A stretch of DNA of 11,676 nt from a virus. Taxonomy: Duplodnaviria > Heunggongvirae > Uroviricota > Caudoviricetes. Location of the stretch: IMG/VR virus record IMGVR_UViG_2740892258_000014; one strand, written 5' to 3'. How positions within the stretch are numbered: the first letter of the stretch is position 1; every line of letters starts with the position of its first letter. Below are positions 1 to 6,545 of the stretch, piece after piece. Below the pieces are notes generated by a model. It was not told where the DNA came from. It worked only from the letters and a program-made list of their open reading frames with translations, and made no database searches. The translations under genes and the position numbers were made by a program.

Positions 1-213
1 GCTTTCTGCATCCAGCCAGCGACCATGCCATTCAACCTGACGAGAGACGTCACCTAAGCAGGCCCATAGCTTCCTGTTTTGGTCTAAGCTGCGGTTGCGT
101 TCCTGAATGGTTACTACGATTGGTTTGGTTGGGTCTGGAAGGATTTGCTGTACTGCGTGAATAGCGTTTTGCTGATGTGCTGGAGATCGAATTTCAAAGG
201 TTAGTTTTTTCAT
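1..213 (-). CDS. ninB: NinB (lambda Orf-family recombination protein), N-terminal 71 codons; 3' end runs off the window
   Basis: Reverse complement of 1..213 translates from ATG (213) as MKKLTFEIRSPAHQQNAIHAVQQILPDPTKPIVVTIQERNRSLDQNRKLWACLGDVSRQVEWHGRWLDAES, which matches my recollection of lambda NinB; GAGGG Shine-Dalgarno upstream. Not in the ORF track because it is open at the window edge. Confidence 0.8.
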   Translation of the reverse strand, partial: MKKLTFEIRSPAHQQNAIHAVQQILPDPTKPIVVTIQERNRSLDQNRKLWACLGDVSRQVEWHGRWLDAES

Positions 214-406
214 GACTTCCCTCTCTAACAGATTTCAGGTTATTCCACTCCGTTACCGCACTGCGATAATTCGCGGCCACCACAGCAGCGTGGTTAGCGC
301 AGTAGATTTGGCACCCGTTCTCCATGTCGAATATTGTCGGTGATTTTCCGCATTTACATTTTTTGGCACGCGGTGCGTCTGAACACATTCCGTTAACGGT
401 GTCCAT
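194..406 (-). CDS. Small Cys-rich (possible zinc-ribbon) hypothetical protein of the nin region
   Basis: Track ORF 194..418; preferred start is ATG at 406 (MDTVNG...) preceded by GGTGAT SD 4 nt upstream. Motif CKCG...(13)...CQIYC. Its 3' end overlaps the ninB start by 20 nt. Function not recognised. Confidence 0.45.
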   Translation of the reverse strand: MDTVNGMCSDAPRAKKCKCGKSPTIFDMENGCQIYCANHAAVVAANYRSAVTEWNNLKSVREGSHEKTNL

Positions 407-487
407 CAGGATCACCATCGTTCTTAATCCAATAAAAAAGGGCTACTGTGTAAATAGCCCCTGTTATTAGCTCAGTGACGTAGATGG

Positions 488-1864
488 TCATACGTCCGCC
501 CCTTGTGCATATCGTCTGCCACGCGCAGCAGGCGCATTTGATGCTGTGCAAATCTGTCTGGCTTCATCCTGGTCACATGCAACAAAGTGTCCGTTGCAGA
601 ACCGCTGGTAAACCGTACCAAGTGAGCCAAAACGGTTTTTCGTCACAATGATTTCAGCAAATGGCGCGGCGCTACTGTTCTCGTCATATACCGCTTCCCG
701 ATAGAGCATGATGATTGAGTCTGCGTCCTGTTCAATGCTTCCTGAATCACGCAAATCTGCGTTTGTCGGGCGTTTGTTTGGTCGCTTCTCAACATCGCGT
801 GAAAGCTGACTTAGGGAGATAACAGGCGTTTTCAGGTCTTTCGCCATCGCCTTAAGGCTTCCTGAGATGTGGGCAATTGCGAGGTCGTTGCGATCTGCTT
901 TCGGCTTCTCAATCAGGCCAAGATAATCCGCCATGATGAGTGACAGGTTTGGATTTTCCTGTTTGTGTCGTTCTGCGATTGAGCGTATTTCTTCGACCGA
1001 TAACCGCGAGGCATCGACTACCCATACATCCAAATCTGCAAGCTGACTCATGCCGTTAGCAACACGCGCCCAGCCTTCGTCATCCATCGATGCAGGATTT
1101 CGCAGTACGCTAACCGACATCCTCCCGGCGTTGGCAATGCTTCGCTCTGCAATCTGCAATGCGCTCATTTCCATTGAGAAAATCAATACCCCGCGCCGGA
1201 CGTCAGAACCAGGAATAACGCGGCTTGCAACGCCTTCGGCAATCTTCAGCGCCAGCTCGGTTTTCCCCATACCAGGACGAGCAGCGATTATCACCAGGTC
1301 TTCTGCGTTCATCCCTCCGGTGATGGCATCAAGTTCTTCGATTCCGGTCTTCAGGGTATCGGACTCTTCTCCGTTCCTCAGACGCCTGTCAAGCGTGTCA
1401 GTGTAGTCAGTAATGATTTCCCCTAACCGTACAGGTTTAACCTCGTCACGGGGCTTTCTGATGGCTGAAAGACGCTTTACAAGCTCATCCATCGCCTGAC
1501 TCGATGCGTCGATGGTTCCGCTCTGAATTGGTTCACGCATTTCATCCATGATTTCCAGCACCAGATGGCGGTGATAGTTATCCGCGACCATTCCGGCATA
1601 TCCCTTCAGGTTTGCGGCACTCGGGCAGTTTTTGCTGGTCATCAGGATTGCGGTGAAATGCTCCTCTCCGCACGCCTCGGCAACCATCAGCGCGTCGATT
1701 AGGTTTCTGTTTCTCGCCTGCTTGCGAATAACCTCGAAGGCTTTCCGGTAGAGCGGAATTGAAAACGCTTCCGGCTCCAGCGTTGCAAGAACGTCACTGG
1801 CGGTTGGAGTTAATCCACCAATCAGCAGGCCACCGATAACGCTCGCTTCGATATCCTGTCTCAT
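488..1864 (-). CDS. Replicative DNA helicase, DnaB family (P22 gene 12-type phage helicase)
   Basis: 458-aa ORF; Walker A motif ARPGMGKTE, DnaB-like C-terminal RecA-fold motifs ([25 protein letters not shown]). Start ATG overlaps the stop of the upstream initiator gene (ATGA at 1861-1864), implying translational coupling. Confidence 0.88.
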   Translation of the reverse strand: MRQDIEASVIGGLLIGGLTPTASDVLATLEPEAFSIPLYRKAFEVIRKQARNRNLIDALMVAEACGEEHFTAILMTSKNCPSAANLKGYAGMVADNYHRHLVLEIMDEMREPIQSGTIDASSQAMDELVKRLSAIRKPRDEVKPVRLGEIITDYTDTLDRRLRNGEESDTLKTGIEELDAITGGMNAEDLVIIAARPGMGKTELALKIAEGVASRVIPGSDVRRGVLIFSMEMSALQIAERSIANAGRMSVSVLRNPASMDDEGWARVANGMSQLADLDVWVVDASRLSVEEIRSIAERHKQENPNLSLIMADYLGLIEKPKADRNDLAIAHISGSLKAMAKDLKTPVISLSQLSRDVEKRPNKRPTNADLRDSGSIEQDADSIIMLYREAVYDENSSAAPFAEIIVTKNRFGSLGTVYQRFCNGHFVACDQDEARQICTASNAPAARGRRYAQGADV

Positions 1865-2808
1865 GCAATCCCCCTGTCTGCAAACTTCCCTTCCCGAACT
1901 CCCGTTAACGAGTCTTCTCTCAGCAGGTAATCAAAATCAGCCGTCCAGCCCGTGTCGTTGTCTCCGAAGTAAAACGGCTTGGCCTGATGCACAAACGCCC
2001 TGACATACGCTCTGAAACCGTCCACGTTTGGCGTTTTCAGTTGCGGGATGATTTTCTTCAGGCGGCGTTTTCGTTTCTCGTTGACCGCAACAGCGTGTGG
2101 CAGTCTGTCACCGACTTCGGTGTTGTAGGCGTTCAGGAAGGATTCGTAGTCGATTCGTTCTGCCTTGCGACGTTCAGGTTTAACCTGCCCATCGCCTCCC
2201 CCATTGGGGGGTAGGGGGGTATTATTTATATTCTTGTTAATACCTTCTTGTTCATGATGTGCGGTTGTTTGTGCGGCTTCATGTGCGCTTTCATGTGCGG
2301 CATGTACGCTGAAAGCCGCGCTATTGCTGGCTTCATCATGTGCGGCATCATGTGCGGTTGTTTGTGCGGCTTCATGTGCGGGTAAATTGTCCATTTTTTG
2401 AGCATATTCATGGTAATTTGTGATGGTTATCACACGGCCTTTTTGCTTCTCTCCATCAATGGAGATCATCCCCTCTTTCACAAAAACCTGAAGCATCCGC
2501 TCAACCTGATCACGGCTTGCTGGCTTGCCATGTCTGTCGCATAACTGAAGACCTAAATCAGCTGCTGTCACAACCAGTTGACCGGGTTGCAGATGCCATT
2601 CATGACCTTTGAAATTCGCTTTGTATGGCTTTCTGGCGGCATTCAGGAGAAGGTTTTCCCACAGGGTGCGAAGATAAACATCTTTCGCCCATGACTGTTT
2701 CAGAATGCTCCGGTACAACGGAATGTAACCAGTTTTCTGGTTCTCCATCCTGTTGCTCCTGCGCTCGTGTGCGGCGCTGAAATCGTAGATTTTTGCTGTA
2801 TTGCTCAT
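1861..2808 (-). CDS. Phage replication initiation protein (lambda O-like) with a His/Ala-rich low-complexity linker encoded by the origin iterons
   Basis: 315-aa ORF starting [10 protein letters not shown] (compare lambda O MTNTAKILNF as I recall it); sits directly upstream of the helicase gene; contains the iteron array at 2254-2382 in its central linker, as in lambda O/ori. Confidence 0.8.
   Translation of the reverse strand: MSNTAKIYDFSAAHERRSNRMENQKTGYIPLYRSILKQSWAKDVYLRTLWENLLLNAARKPYKANFKGHEWHLQPGQLVVTAADLGLQLCDRHGKPASRDQVERMLQVFVKEGMISIDGEKQKGRVITITNYHEYAQKMDNLPAHEAAQTTAHDAAHDEASNSAAFSVHAAHESAHEAAQTTAHHEQEGINKNINNTPLPPNGGGDGQVKPERRKAERIDYESFLNAYNTEVGDRLPHAVAVNEKRKRRLKKIIPQLKTPNVDGFRAYVRAFVHQAKPFYFGDNDTGWTADFDYLLREDSLTGVREGKFADRGIA
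2221..2382. repeat. Putative phage origin of replication: iteron array plus adjacent AT-rich segment, embedded in the initiator gene
   Basis: TGTGCGG-core repeats begin at 2258, 2270, 2282 (variant TGTGCGC), 2294 and again at 2339, 2351, 2363, 2375, i.e. two clusters of four with an exact 12-bp period; 30-bp block TGTGCGGTTGTTTGTGCGGCTTCATGTGCG occurs twice (2259-2288, 2352-2381); AT-rich 2221-2250 flanks it. Confidence 0.7.
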
Positions 2809-2810
2809 AA

Positions 2811-3083
2811 CTACCTGCCTTGACGAAAGACCTTAAGAACATCGTTAAACTGACTTACGGATATGTCTTCTTTGAGAAGCTTTTCCAGAAATGCGTTTGG
2901 AATGAACGTATATCCCTCCTCTTTTGGTAGAGACGGGAGCAACGCCCTCGCCTCAGCCTTCAGAAGCTCAGTTCTGGCAACTTTCACAAAAGAGATTTGA
3001 GTTCTTTCATCAATGGAACGAAGGAAGCGCAAACGCTTAGCTTCTTTTTGTGTATCAGGTGGATTAAAGCCTTTGTTTCGCAT
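2811..3083 (-). CDS. Hypothetical 90-aa protein encoded between cII and the replication initiator gene
   Basis: In-frame ATG at 3083 inside track ORF 2811..3356 (MRNKGFNPPDTQKEAKRLRF...), GAGGT SD 7 nt upstream; stop TAG at 2811-2813 lies 2 nt from the initiator ATG (2808). The upstream part of the track ORF overlaps cII in another frame and is discounted. Confidence 0.5.
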   Translation of the reverse strand: MRNKGFNPPDTQKEAKRLRFLRSIDERTQISFVKVARTELLKAEARALLPSLPKEEGYTFIPNAFLEKLLKEDISVSQFNDVLKVFRQGR

Positions 3084-3092
3084 ATAATTACC

Positions 3093-3160
3093 TCGTTGGA
3101 TGTTGTTAAAATTCCATTTGTATTTGATCAGAACGCTCGGTTGCCGCCGGGCGTTTTTTA
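3093..3160 (+). ncRNA. oop: OOP-like antisense RNA overlapping the 3' end of cII (approximate ends)
   Basis: Plus strand 3128-3160 (CAGAACGCTCGGTTGCCGCCGGGCGTTTTTTATT) matches my recollection of the 3' end and terminator of lambda OOP RNA; perfect TATAAT at 3083-3088 upstream could be pO. Stem CGCTCGG/CCGGGCG followed by a T-run. Confidence 0.5.
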
Positions 3161-3399
3161 TTGGTGAGAATCGAAGCAACTTGTCGTGCCAATCGAGCCA
3201 TGTCGTCGTCGACAACACCCCATTCAAGAACAGCAAGCAGCATTGAGAACTTTGGAATCCAGTCCCTCTTCCACCTGCTGATCTGCGACTTATCAACGCC
3301 CACAGCTTCCGCTGTCTTCTCAGTTCCAAGCATTGCGATTTTGTTAAGCAACGCACTCTCGATTCTTAGAGCCTCGTTGCGTTTGTTTGCACGAACCAT
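3106..3399 (-). CDS. cII: Transcriptional activator CII (lysogeny establishment)
   Basis: From ATG at 3399 the product MVRANKRNEALRIESALLNKIAMLGTEKTAEAVGVDKSQISRWKRDWIPKFSMLLAVLEWGVVDDDMARLARQVASILTNKKRPAATERSDQIQMEF is near-identical to lambda CII as I recall it (97 aa). The track ORF extends 29 codons further upstream, but that extension has no support. Confidence 0.9.
   Translation of the reverse strand: MVRANKRNEALRIESALLNKIAMLGTEKTAEAVGVDKSQISRWKRDWIPKFSMLLAVLEWGVVDDDMARLARQVASILTNKKRPAATERSDQIQMEF
3377..3390 (+). promoter_or_regulatory. CII-binding direct repeat TTGC-N6-TTGC (pRE -35 region), oriented toward cI
   Basis: TTGCGTTTGTTTGC at 3377-3390, just inside the 5' end of cII on the opposite strand, the same arrangement as lambda pRE. 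Confidence 0.65.
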
Positions 3400-3457
3400 A
3401 TGTAAGTATTTCCTTAACAAATAAGAAGTTATGCGCATCAACTTATGCGCGTTGTAT

Positions 3458-3500
3458 TCCCGCATTTCGGCGGGAATGAGGACCATGACTGTTAAAGAGC
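3458..3500 (-). promoter_or_regulatory. nutR: boxA (GCTCTTTAA) plus boxB hairpin (TCCCGC-CGAAAT-GCGGGA) in the pR transcript
   Basis: Minus-strand reading gives GCTCTTTAAC (plus 3492-3500) then, 16 nt later, hairpin TCCCGCCGAAATGCGGGA (plus 3458-3475); located 8 nt after the cro stop. The same boxA and boxB recur upstream of N (nutL). Confidence 0.75.
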
Positions 3501-3507
3501 AATTTGC

Positions 3508-3693
3508 TTATGCCGCTTTGCGGTAAGCGCTTTCTTGATACTTCAGGGCGCCAGCTGTAACGACTTCCAGTCGATAGGCGTCTTTCTCTGGGATGACTTC
3601 CTTCCACTGAGAGACTGCTGCGTCGCTAATGCCTAACGCTTTAGCTACAGCACGCTGGGTTCCGAAGTGGTCGATAACATCTTTCTTGTACAT
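3508..3693 (-). CDS. cro: Cro-type small repressor, divergent from cI
   Basis: 61-aa ORF with helix-turn-helix segment (QRAVAKALGISDAAVSQW); divergent from cI across an 80-bp operator region; followed by nutR and cII. Not lambda Cro in sequence, so a different immunity type. Confidence 0.75.
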   Translation of the reverse strand: MYKKDVIDHFGTQRAVAKALGISDAAVSQWKEVIPEKDAYRLEVVTAGALKYQESAYRKAA

Positions 3694-3773
3694 AGACTCG
3701 CTCCGAAATTAAAGAACACTTAAATTATCCACTAAAGGAATCTTAAGTCAAGTTTATTTAAGATGTCTTAACT
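3694..3773. promoter_or_regulatory. Right operator/promoter region (OR with pR toward cro, pRM toward cI)
   Basis: On the minus strand: -35 TTGACT (plus 3746-3751), 17-bp spacer, -10 ATAATT (plus 3723-3728), GGAG SD before the cro ATG. CTTAA(A/G) half-site motifs repeat at 3719, 3742, 3757 (inverted) and 3767. Confidence 0.65.
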
Positions 3774-4424
3774 ATGAAAACTCAATTGATGGGAGAGCGC
3801 ATTCGCGCTCGGAGAAAAGAACTCAAGATCAGGCAGGCCGCACTTGGAAAGATGGTCGGCGTGTCTAATGTTGCCATATCTCAGTGGGAACGCTCTGAGA
3901 CAGAGCCAAATGGAGAGAATCTTCTCGCCCTGGCTAATGCGTTGAAGTGTTCCCCTGACTATCTGATGAAAGGAGAGGAAAGTCTTTCAAACATTGCCTA
4001 TCACAGTAGGCATGATCCAAGAGGGTCATACCCTCTGATTAGCTGGGTGAGCGCAGGATGCTGGATGGAAGCTGTAGAACCATATCATAAGCGTGCAATA
4101 GATAACTGGTACGATACAACCGTAGACTGTTCAGAAGATTCGTTTTGGTTGGACGTGAAGGGAGACTCAATGACGGCTCCGGCCGGTCTCAGTATCCCTG
4201 AAGGAATGATAATACTCGTCGATCCTGAAGTAGAGCCGCGTAACGGGAAACTGGTAGTTGCAAAGCTCGAAGGAGAAAACGAGGCAACTTTCAAGAAGTT
4301 AGTTATTGATGCAGGCAGGAAGTTTCTAAAACCACTTAACCCACAATATCCGATGATCGAGATCAACGGAAACTGCAAAATCATCGGCGTAGTTGTCGAT
4401 GCAAAACTAGCAAACCTTCCATAA
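3774..4424 (+). CDS. cI: CI-type prophage repressor: N-terminal HTH (XRE) and C-terminal LexA-like S24 autopeptidase domain
   Basis: 216 aa; HTH region IRQAALGKMVGVSNVAISQWE; candidate Ala-Gly cleavage site in VSAGCW; Ser nucleophile in GDSM and downstream Lys (FKKL) typical of the S24 Ser-Lys dyad. Confidence 0.85.
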   Translation: MKTQLMGERIRARRKELKIRQAALGKMVGVSNVAISQWERSETEPNGENLLALANALKCSPDYLMKGEESLSNIAYHSRHDPRGSYPLISWVSAGCWMEAVEPYHKRAIDNWYDTTVDCSEDSFWLDVKGDSMTAPAGLSIPEGMIILVDPEVEPRNGKLVVAKLEGENEATFKKLVIDAGRKFLKPLNPQYPMIEINGNCKIIGVVVDAKLANLP

Positions 4425-4448
4425 GGGGGCATTCGCCCCTTTTTTTTT
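4425..4448 (+). terminator. Intrinsic terminator immediately after cI
   Basis: GGGGC-ATTC-GCCCC hairpin followed by a 9-T run, starting at the cI stop codon. Confidence 0.75.
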
Positions 4449-4470
4449 ATTTCCTTTAAAAATCAAAGCT

Positions 4471-4549
4471 AAACTTAAGTTACGAAAGAAAATTTAAGTT
4501 TTCTTCAAAAATACTCTTGACCATTAATTAAAGAGATCTTAAATTTAAG
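4471..4549. promoter_or_regulatory. Left operator/promoter region (OL/pL)
   Basis: Perfect palindromes AACTTAAGTT (4472-4481) and CTTAAATTTAAG (4538-4549) share the CTTAA(A/G) half-site seen in OR; candidate pL -35 TTGACC (4517-4522) with a TTAAAT/TAAATT -10 around 4539-4545 overlapping the palindrome. Confidence 0.55.
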
Positions 4550-4591
4550 CCATCAGCAGGACGCTGGAAGCCAAACGGAAAAGATTGGCAG

Positions 4592-4632
4592 GCTCTTTAA
4601 CATTGATGGGATTGTCCCGCCGAAATGCGGGA
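4592..4632 (+). promoter_or_regulatory. nutL: boxA (GCTCTTTAA) plus boxB hairpin (TCCCGC-CGAAAT-GCGGGA)
   Basis: GCTCTTTAAC at 4592-4601, then 13 nt, then TCCCGCCGAAATGCGGGA at 4615-4632; boxB is identical to the one in nutR. Confidence 0.75.
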
Positions 4633-4945
4633 ACCAAAGAGTAGTTGGCTTTGGGGTGACGTGAAGTGCAGCTGCACGACGGCAACCGGAAGATAAGCAC
4701 CCGGCGCGTCACCGCCAAAGTCAATTCCATAGGCGTTATGCAGCCGCCACCATATTCAAGAAAGCTGCACAAGAGGTAGGAGGATTTATGTGAATACTTA
4801 CATTCAATTGAGAGATTAATTAAATAGAACTGATCGAGCAGAGTCCATAAAGGCTCATAAATGCTCTTCCATCCCCGTCTAATTGGCGGGGAAGGAAACC
4901 ACTTTGTAATAAAAAAATTCCAAAGTTGTTTCATCGGAGGTCAAC

Positions 4946-5245
4946 ATGACAGTAGTCATTACATATCTGGCTGACGATAACGCCAGAAATCGCCGCAGAG
5001 CACGCAGACAGGCTCAACGTGAACAGGCAATGCAAGAACAGCGACTGGCGCGAAAGATTGCGCTAAAGCTCTCTGGTTGCGTCAGAGCAGACAAAGCAGC
5101 ATCACTCGGAAGCCTTCGCTGCAAGAAGGCAGAAGAAGTCGAGAGTAAACAGAATCGTATTTACTACCGCAAGCCACGCAGTGAAATGGGGGTGACTTGT
5201 GTTGGTCGCCAGAAAATGAAATTAGGAAGCAAACCACTTATTTGA
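4946..5245 (+). CDS. N: Antitermination protein N (arginine-rich N-terminus; lambda-N-like C-terminus)
   Basis: 99 aa; N-terminal Arg-rich motif NARNRRRARRQAQREQ; C-terminal YYRKPRSEMGVTCVGRQKMKLGSKPLI resembles the lambda N C-terminus (WYSKPGERGITCSGRQKIKGKSIPLI, from memory); GGAGG SD; preceded by nutL. Confidence 0.8.
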   Translation: MTVVITYLADDNARNRRRARRQAQREQAMQEQRLARKIALKLSGCVRADKAASLGSLRCKKAEEVESKQNRIYYRKPRSEMGVTCVGRQKMKLGSKPLI

Positions 5246-5253
5246 GGTGATAT

Positions 5254-5340
5254 ATGGAAGAAGAATTTGAAGAGTTCGAAGAGCATCCGCAGGATGTGAT
5301 GGAACAATACCAGGACTATCCTTATGACTACGACTATTGA
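5254..5340 (+). CDS. Possible 28-aa highly acidic, Tyr-rich micro-protein (MEEEFEEFEEHPQDVMEQYQDYPYDYDY)
   Basis: ATG 8 nt after the N stop with GAGGTGA SD; its initiation region (AGGTGATATATGGAAGAA) is repeated exactly at the start of the 5583 gene. Below the ORF-track size cutoff; coding status unproven. Confidence 0.25.
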   Translation: MEEEFEEFEEHPQDVMEQYQDYPYDYDY

Positions 5341-5524
5341 TAAGAATCAATGGTGTGGACAATTCAAGCGATGCAATGGATGCAAGCTGCAATCGGAATG
5401 CATGGTTAAGCCTGAAGAAATGTTTCCTGTAATGGAAGATGGGAAATATGTCGATAAATGGGCAATACGAACGACGGCAATGATTGCCAGAGAACTTAGT
5501 AAACAGAATAACAAGGCTGCCTGA
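5324..5524 (+). CDS. ral: Ral-like restriction-alleviation protein (66 aa, Cys-rich)
   Basis: MTTTIDKNQWCGQFKRCNGCKLQSECMVKPEEMF... matches my recollection of lambda Ral (66 aa) and lies just downstream of N; this rests on memory and is unverified. Confidence 0.55.
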   Translation: MTTTIDKNQWCGQFKRCNGCKLQSECMVKPEEMFPVMEDGKYVDKWAIRTTAMIARELSKQNNKAA

Positions 5525-5541
5525 TGGTGGCCTTTATTTTT
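5513..5541 (+). terminator. Intrinsic terminator-like hairpin after the ral-like gene
   Basis: AAGGCTGCC-TGATG-GTGGCCTT (9-bp stem with two G:U pairs; the stop codon is in the loop) followed by TATTTTT. Confidence 0.5.
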
Positions 5542-5582
5542 GTCCGTAAATAATTTCATGCTTATTACAATCAAGGTGATAT

Positions 5583-6005
5583 ATGGAAGAACAAGCAAAC
5601 AAGATTCTCGTAGAACTTCTGCAAAAAGCCAGTAATGGAATAGACGCGGCTGTTTCATTTAGCCAGGCACAGATTCCTGATGTTGTTCGTCAGTTGCTAA
5701 CATGGAGTTTTGTCCATAGCGCACTTTTCCAAGTGGCTGGGTTGTTGCTTTTAATTGCAGCAATGAAACTTCCTAGTTTTGCAAGAACGGCAAGAAATAA
5801 TGGCGAGAGATGGACGTCTTTAGATGGATGTCCAAACGATAGATATTTTATATCTTCGTTTTATTACGATATATGCACTGTATTTGCTCCTATATTTGGC
5901 TCAATTATTGGCGTTTTAATTATTGCCTTCAATTTCGAATGGTTGAAGATTTGGCTTGCACCTAAGTTATTCCTAATTGAATATGCAGCATCATTGGTTA
6001 AGTAA
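5583..6005 (+). CDS. Hypothetical membrane protein with two predicted transmembrane helices (candidate superinfection-exclusion/abortive-infection type)
   Basis: 140 aa; hydrophobic segments LFQVAGLLLLIAAM and APIFGSIIGVLIIAF; AAGGTGA SD; terminator-like hairpins on both sides. Function inferred only from context. Confidence 0.6.
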   Translation: MEEQANKILVELLQKASNGIDAAVSFSQAQIPDVVRQLLTWSFVHSALFQVAGLLLLIAAMKLPSFARTARNNGERWTSLDGCPNDRYFISSFYYDICTVFAPIFGSIIGVLIIAFNFEWLKIWLAPKLFLIEYAASLVK

Positions 6006-6009
6006 TTTC

Positions 6010-6035
6010 AGGCCGCATAGTCGGCCTTTATTTTT
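6010..6035 (+). terminator. Intrinsic terminator after the membrane-protein gene
   Basis: AGGCCG-CATAGT-CGGCCT hairpin followed by TTATTTTT. Confidence 0.65.
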
Positions 6036-6194
6036 GGCATAAACAACAGAATAAACACTGCACTGTGTATTCATTCCAACGAGTGAATACACGGAGCAAT
6101 GTCGCTCGTAACTAAACAGGAGCCGACTTGTTCTGATTGTTGGAAATCTTCTTTGCCCTCCAGTGTGAGGGCAATTTTTTTTGATGGAGGATAT

Positions 6195-6545
6195 ATGAGT
6201 GAAGTAACAGATTTAGTTGTTATTGAAAAAGCAAATGCAATGACTGTATTTCAGTCTGCCGACCAGATTGAAGAAATTCTCCAAAAGGTTGAACGTGAAG
6301 TTATGTCATTTGTGCCTGATATCACAACGGCAAAGGGCAGAAAGGAGATCGCTTCTCTGGCGTATAAAGTTGCGCAGACGAAAACATATCTCGATGGTCT
6401 TGGCAAAGACCTTGTTGCTGAACTGAAGGAAATTCCAAAGCTAATTGATGCCAACCGCAAGACAGTGCGCGATCGCCTTGATGAACTGAAAGCCAAGGCG
6501 CGCCAGCCTCTTACTGATTATGAGGAAGAATCAGGCGCGGATTAA
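6195..6545 (+). CDS. Hypothetical protein (116 aa), upstream partner of the E/R/K-rich ORF
   Basis: Preferred start ATG 6195 with GGAGG SD 5 nt upstream (the track ORF starts at 6099 but that stretch contains a hairpin plus T8 run at 6155-6182). 3' end overlaps the next ORF by 26 nt in a different frame. Confidence 0.55.
   Translation: MSEVTDLVVIEKANAMTVFQSADQIEEILQKVEREVMSFVPDITTAKGRKEIASLAYKVAQTKTYLDGLGKDLVAELKEIPKLIDANRKTVRDRLDELKAKARQPLTDYEEESGAD

Noticed and set aside
1050-2214. Plus-strand ORFs 1050..1406 and 1987..2214
   Set aside because: Antisense to the well-supported helicase and initiator genes; no RBS; typical shadow ORFs.
2226-2411. His/Pro/Met-rich 61-aa ORF ([17 protein letters not shown]...) on the minus strand
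   Set aside because: It is an alternative frame through the 12-bp iteron array inside the initiator gene; the periodic DNA repeat produces the repetitive peptide. No independent start signals.
3161-3424. Plus-strand 87-aa ORF antisense to cII
   Set aside because: Lies entirely within cII on the opposite strand; the plus-strand signal here is better explained by the OOP-like RNA and pRE.
4545-4934. 129-aa minus-strand ORF across the pL-N leader
   Set aside because: Antisense to the nutL/N leader; product has odd composition (Trp/Cys-rich, no recognisable fold features) and no convincing RBS; the region is better explained as a structured leader. Not fully excluded.
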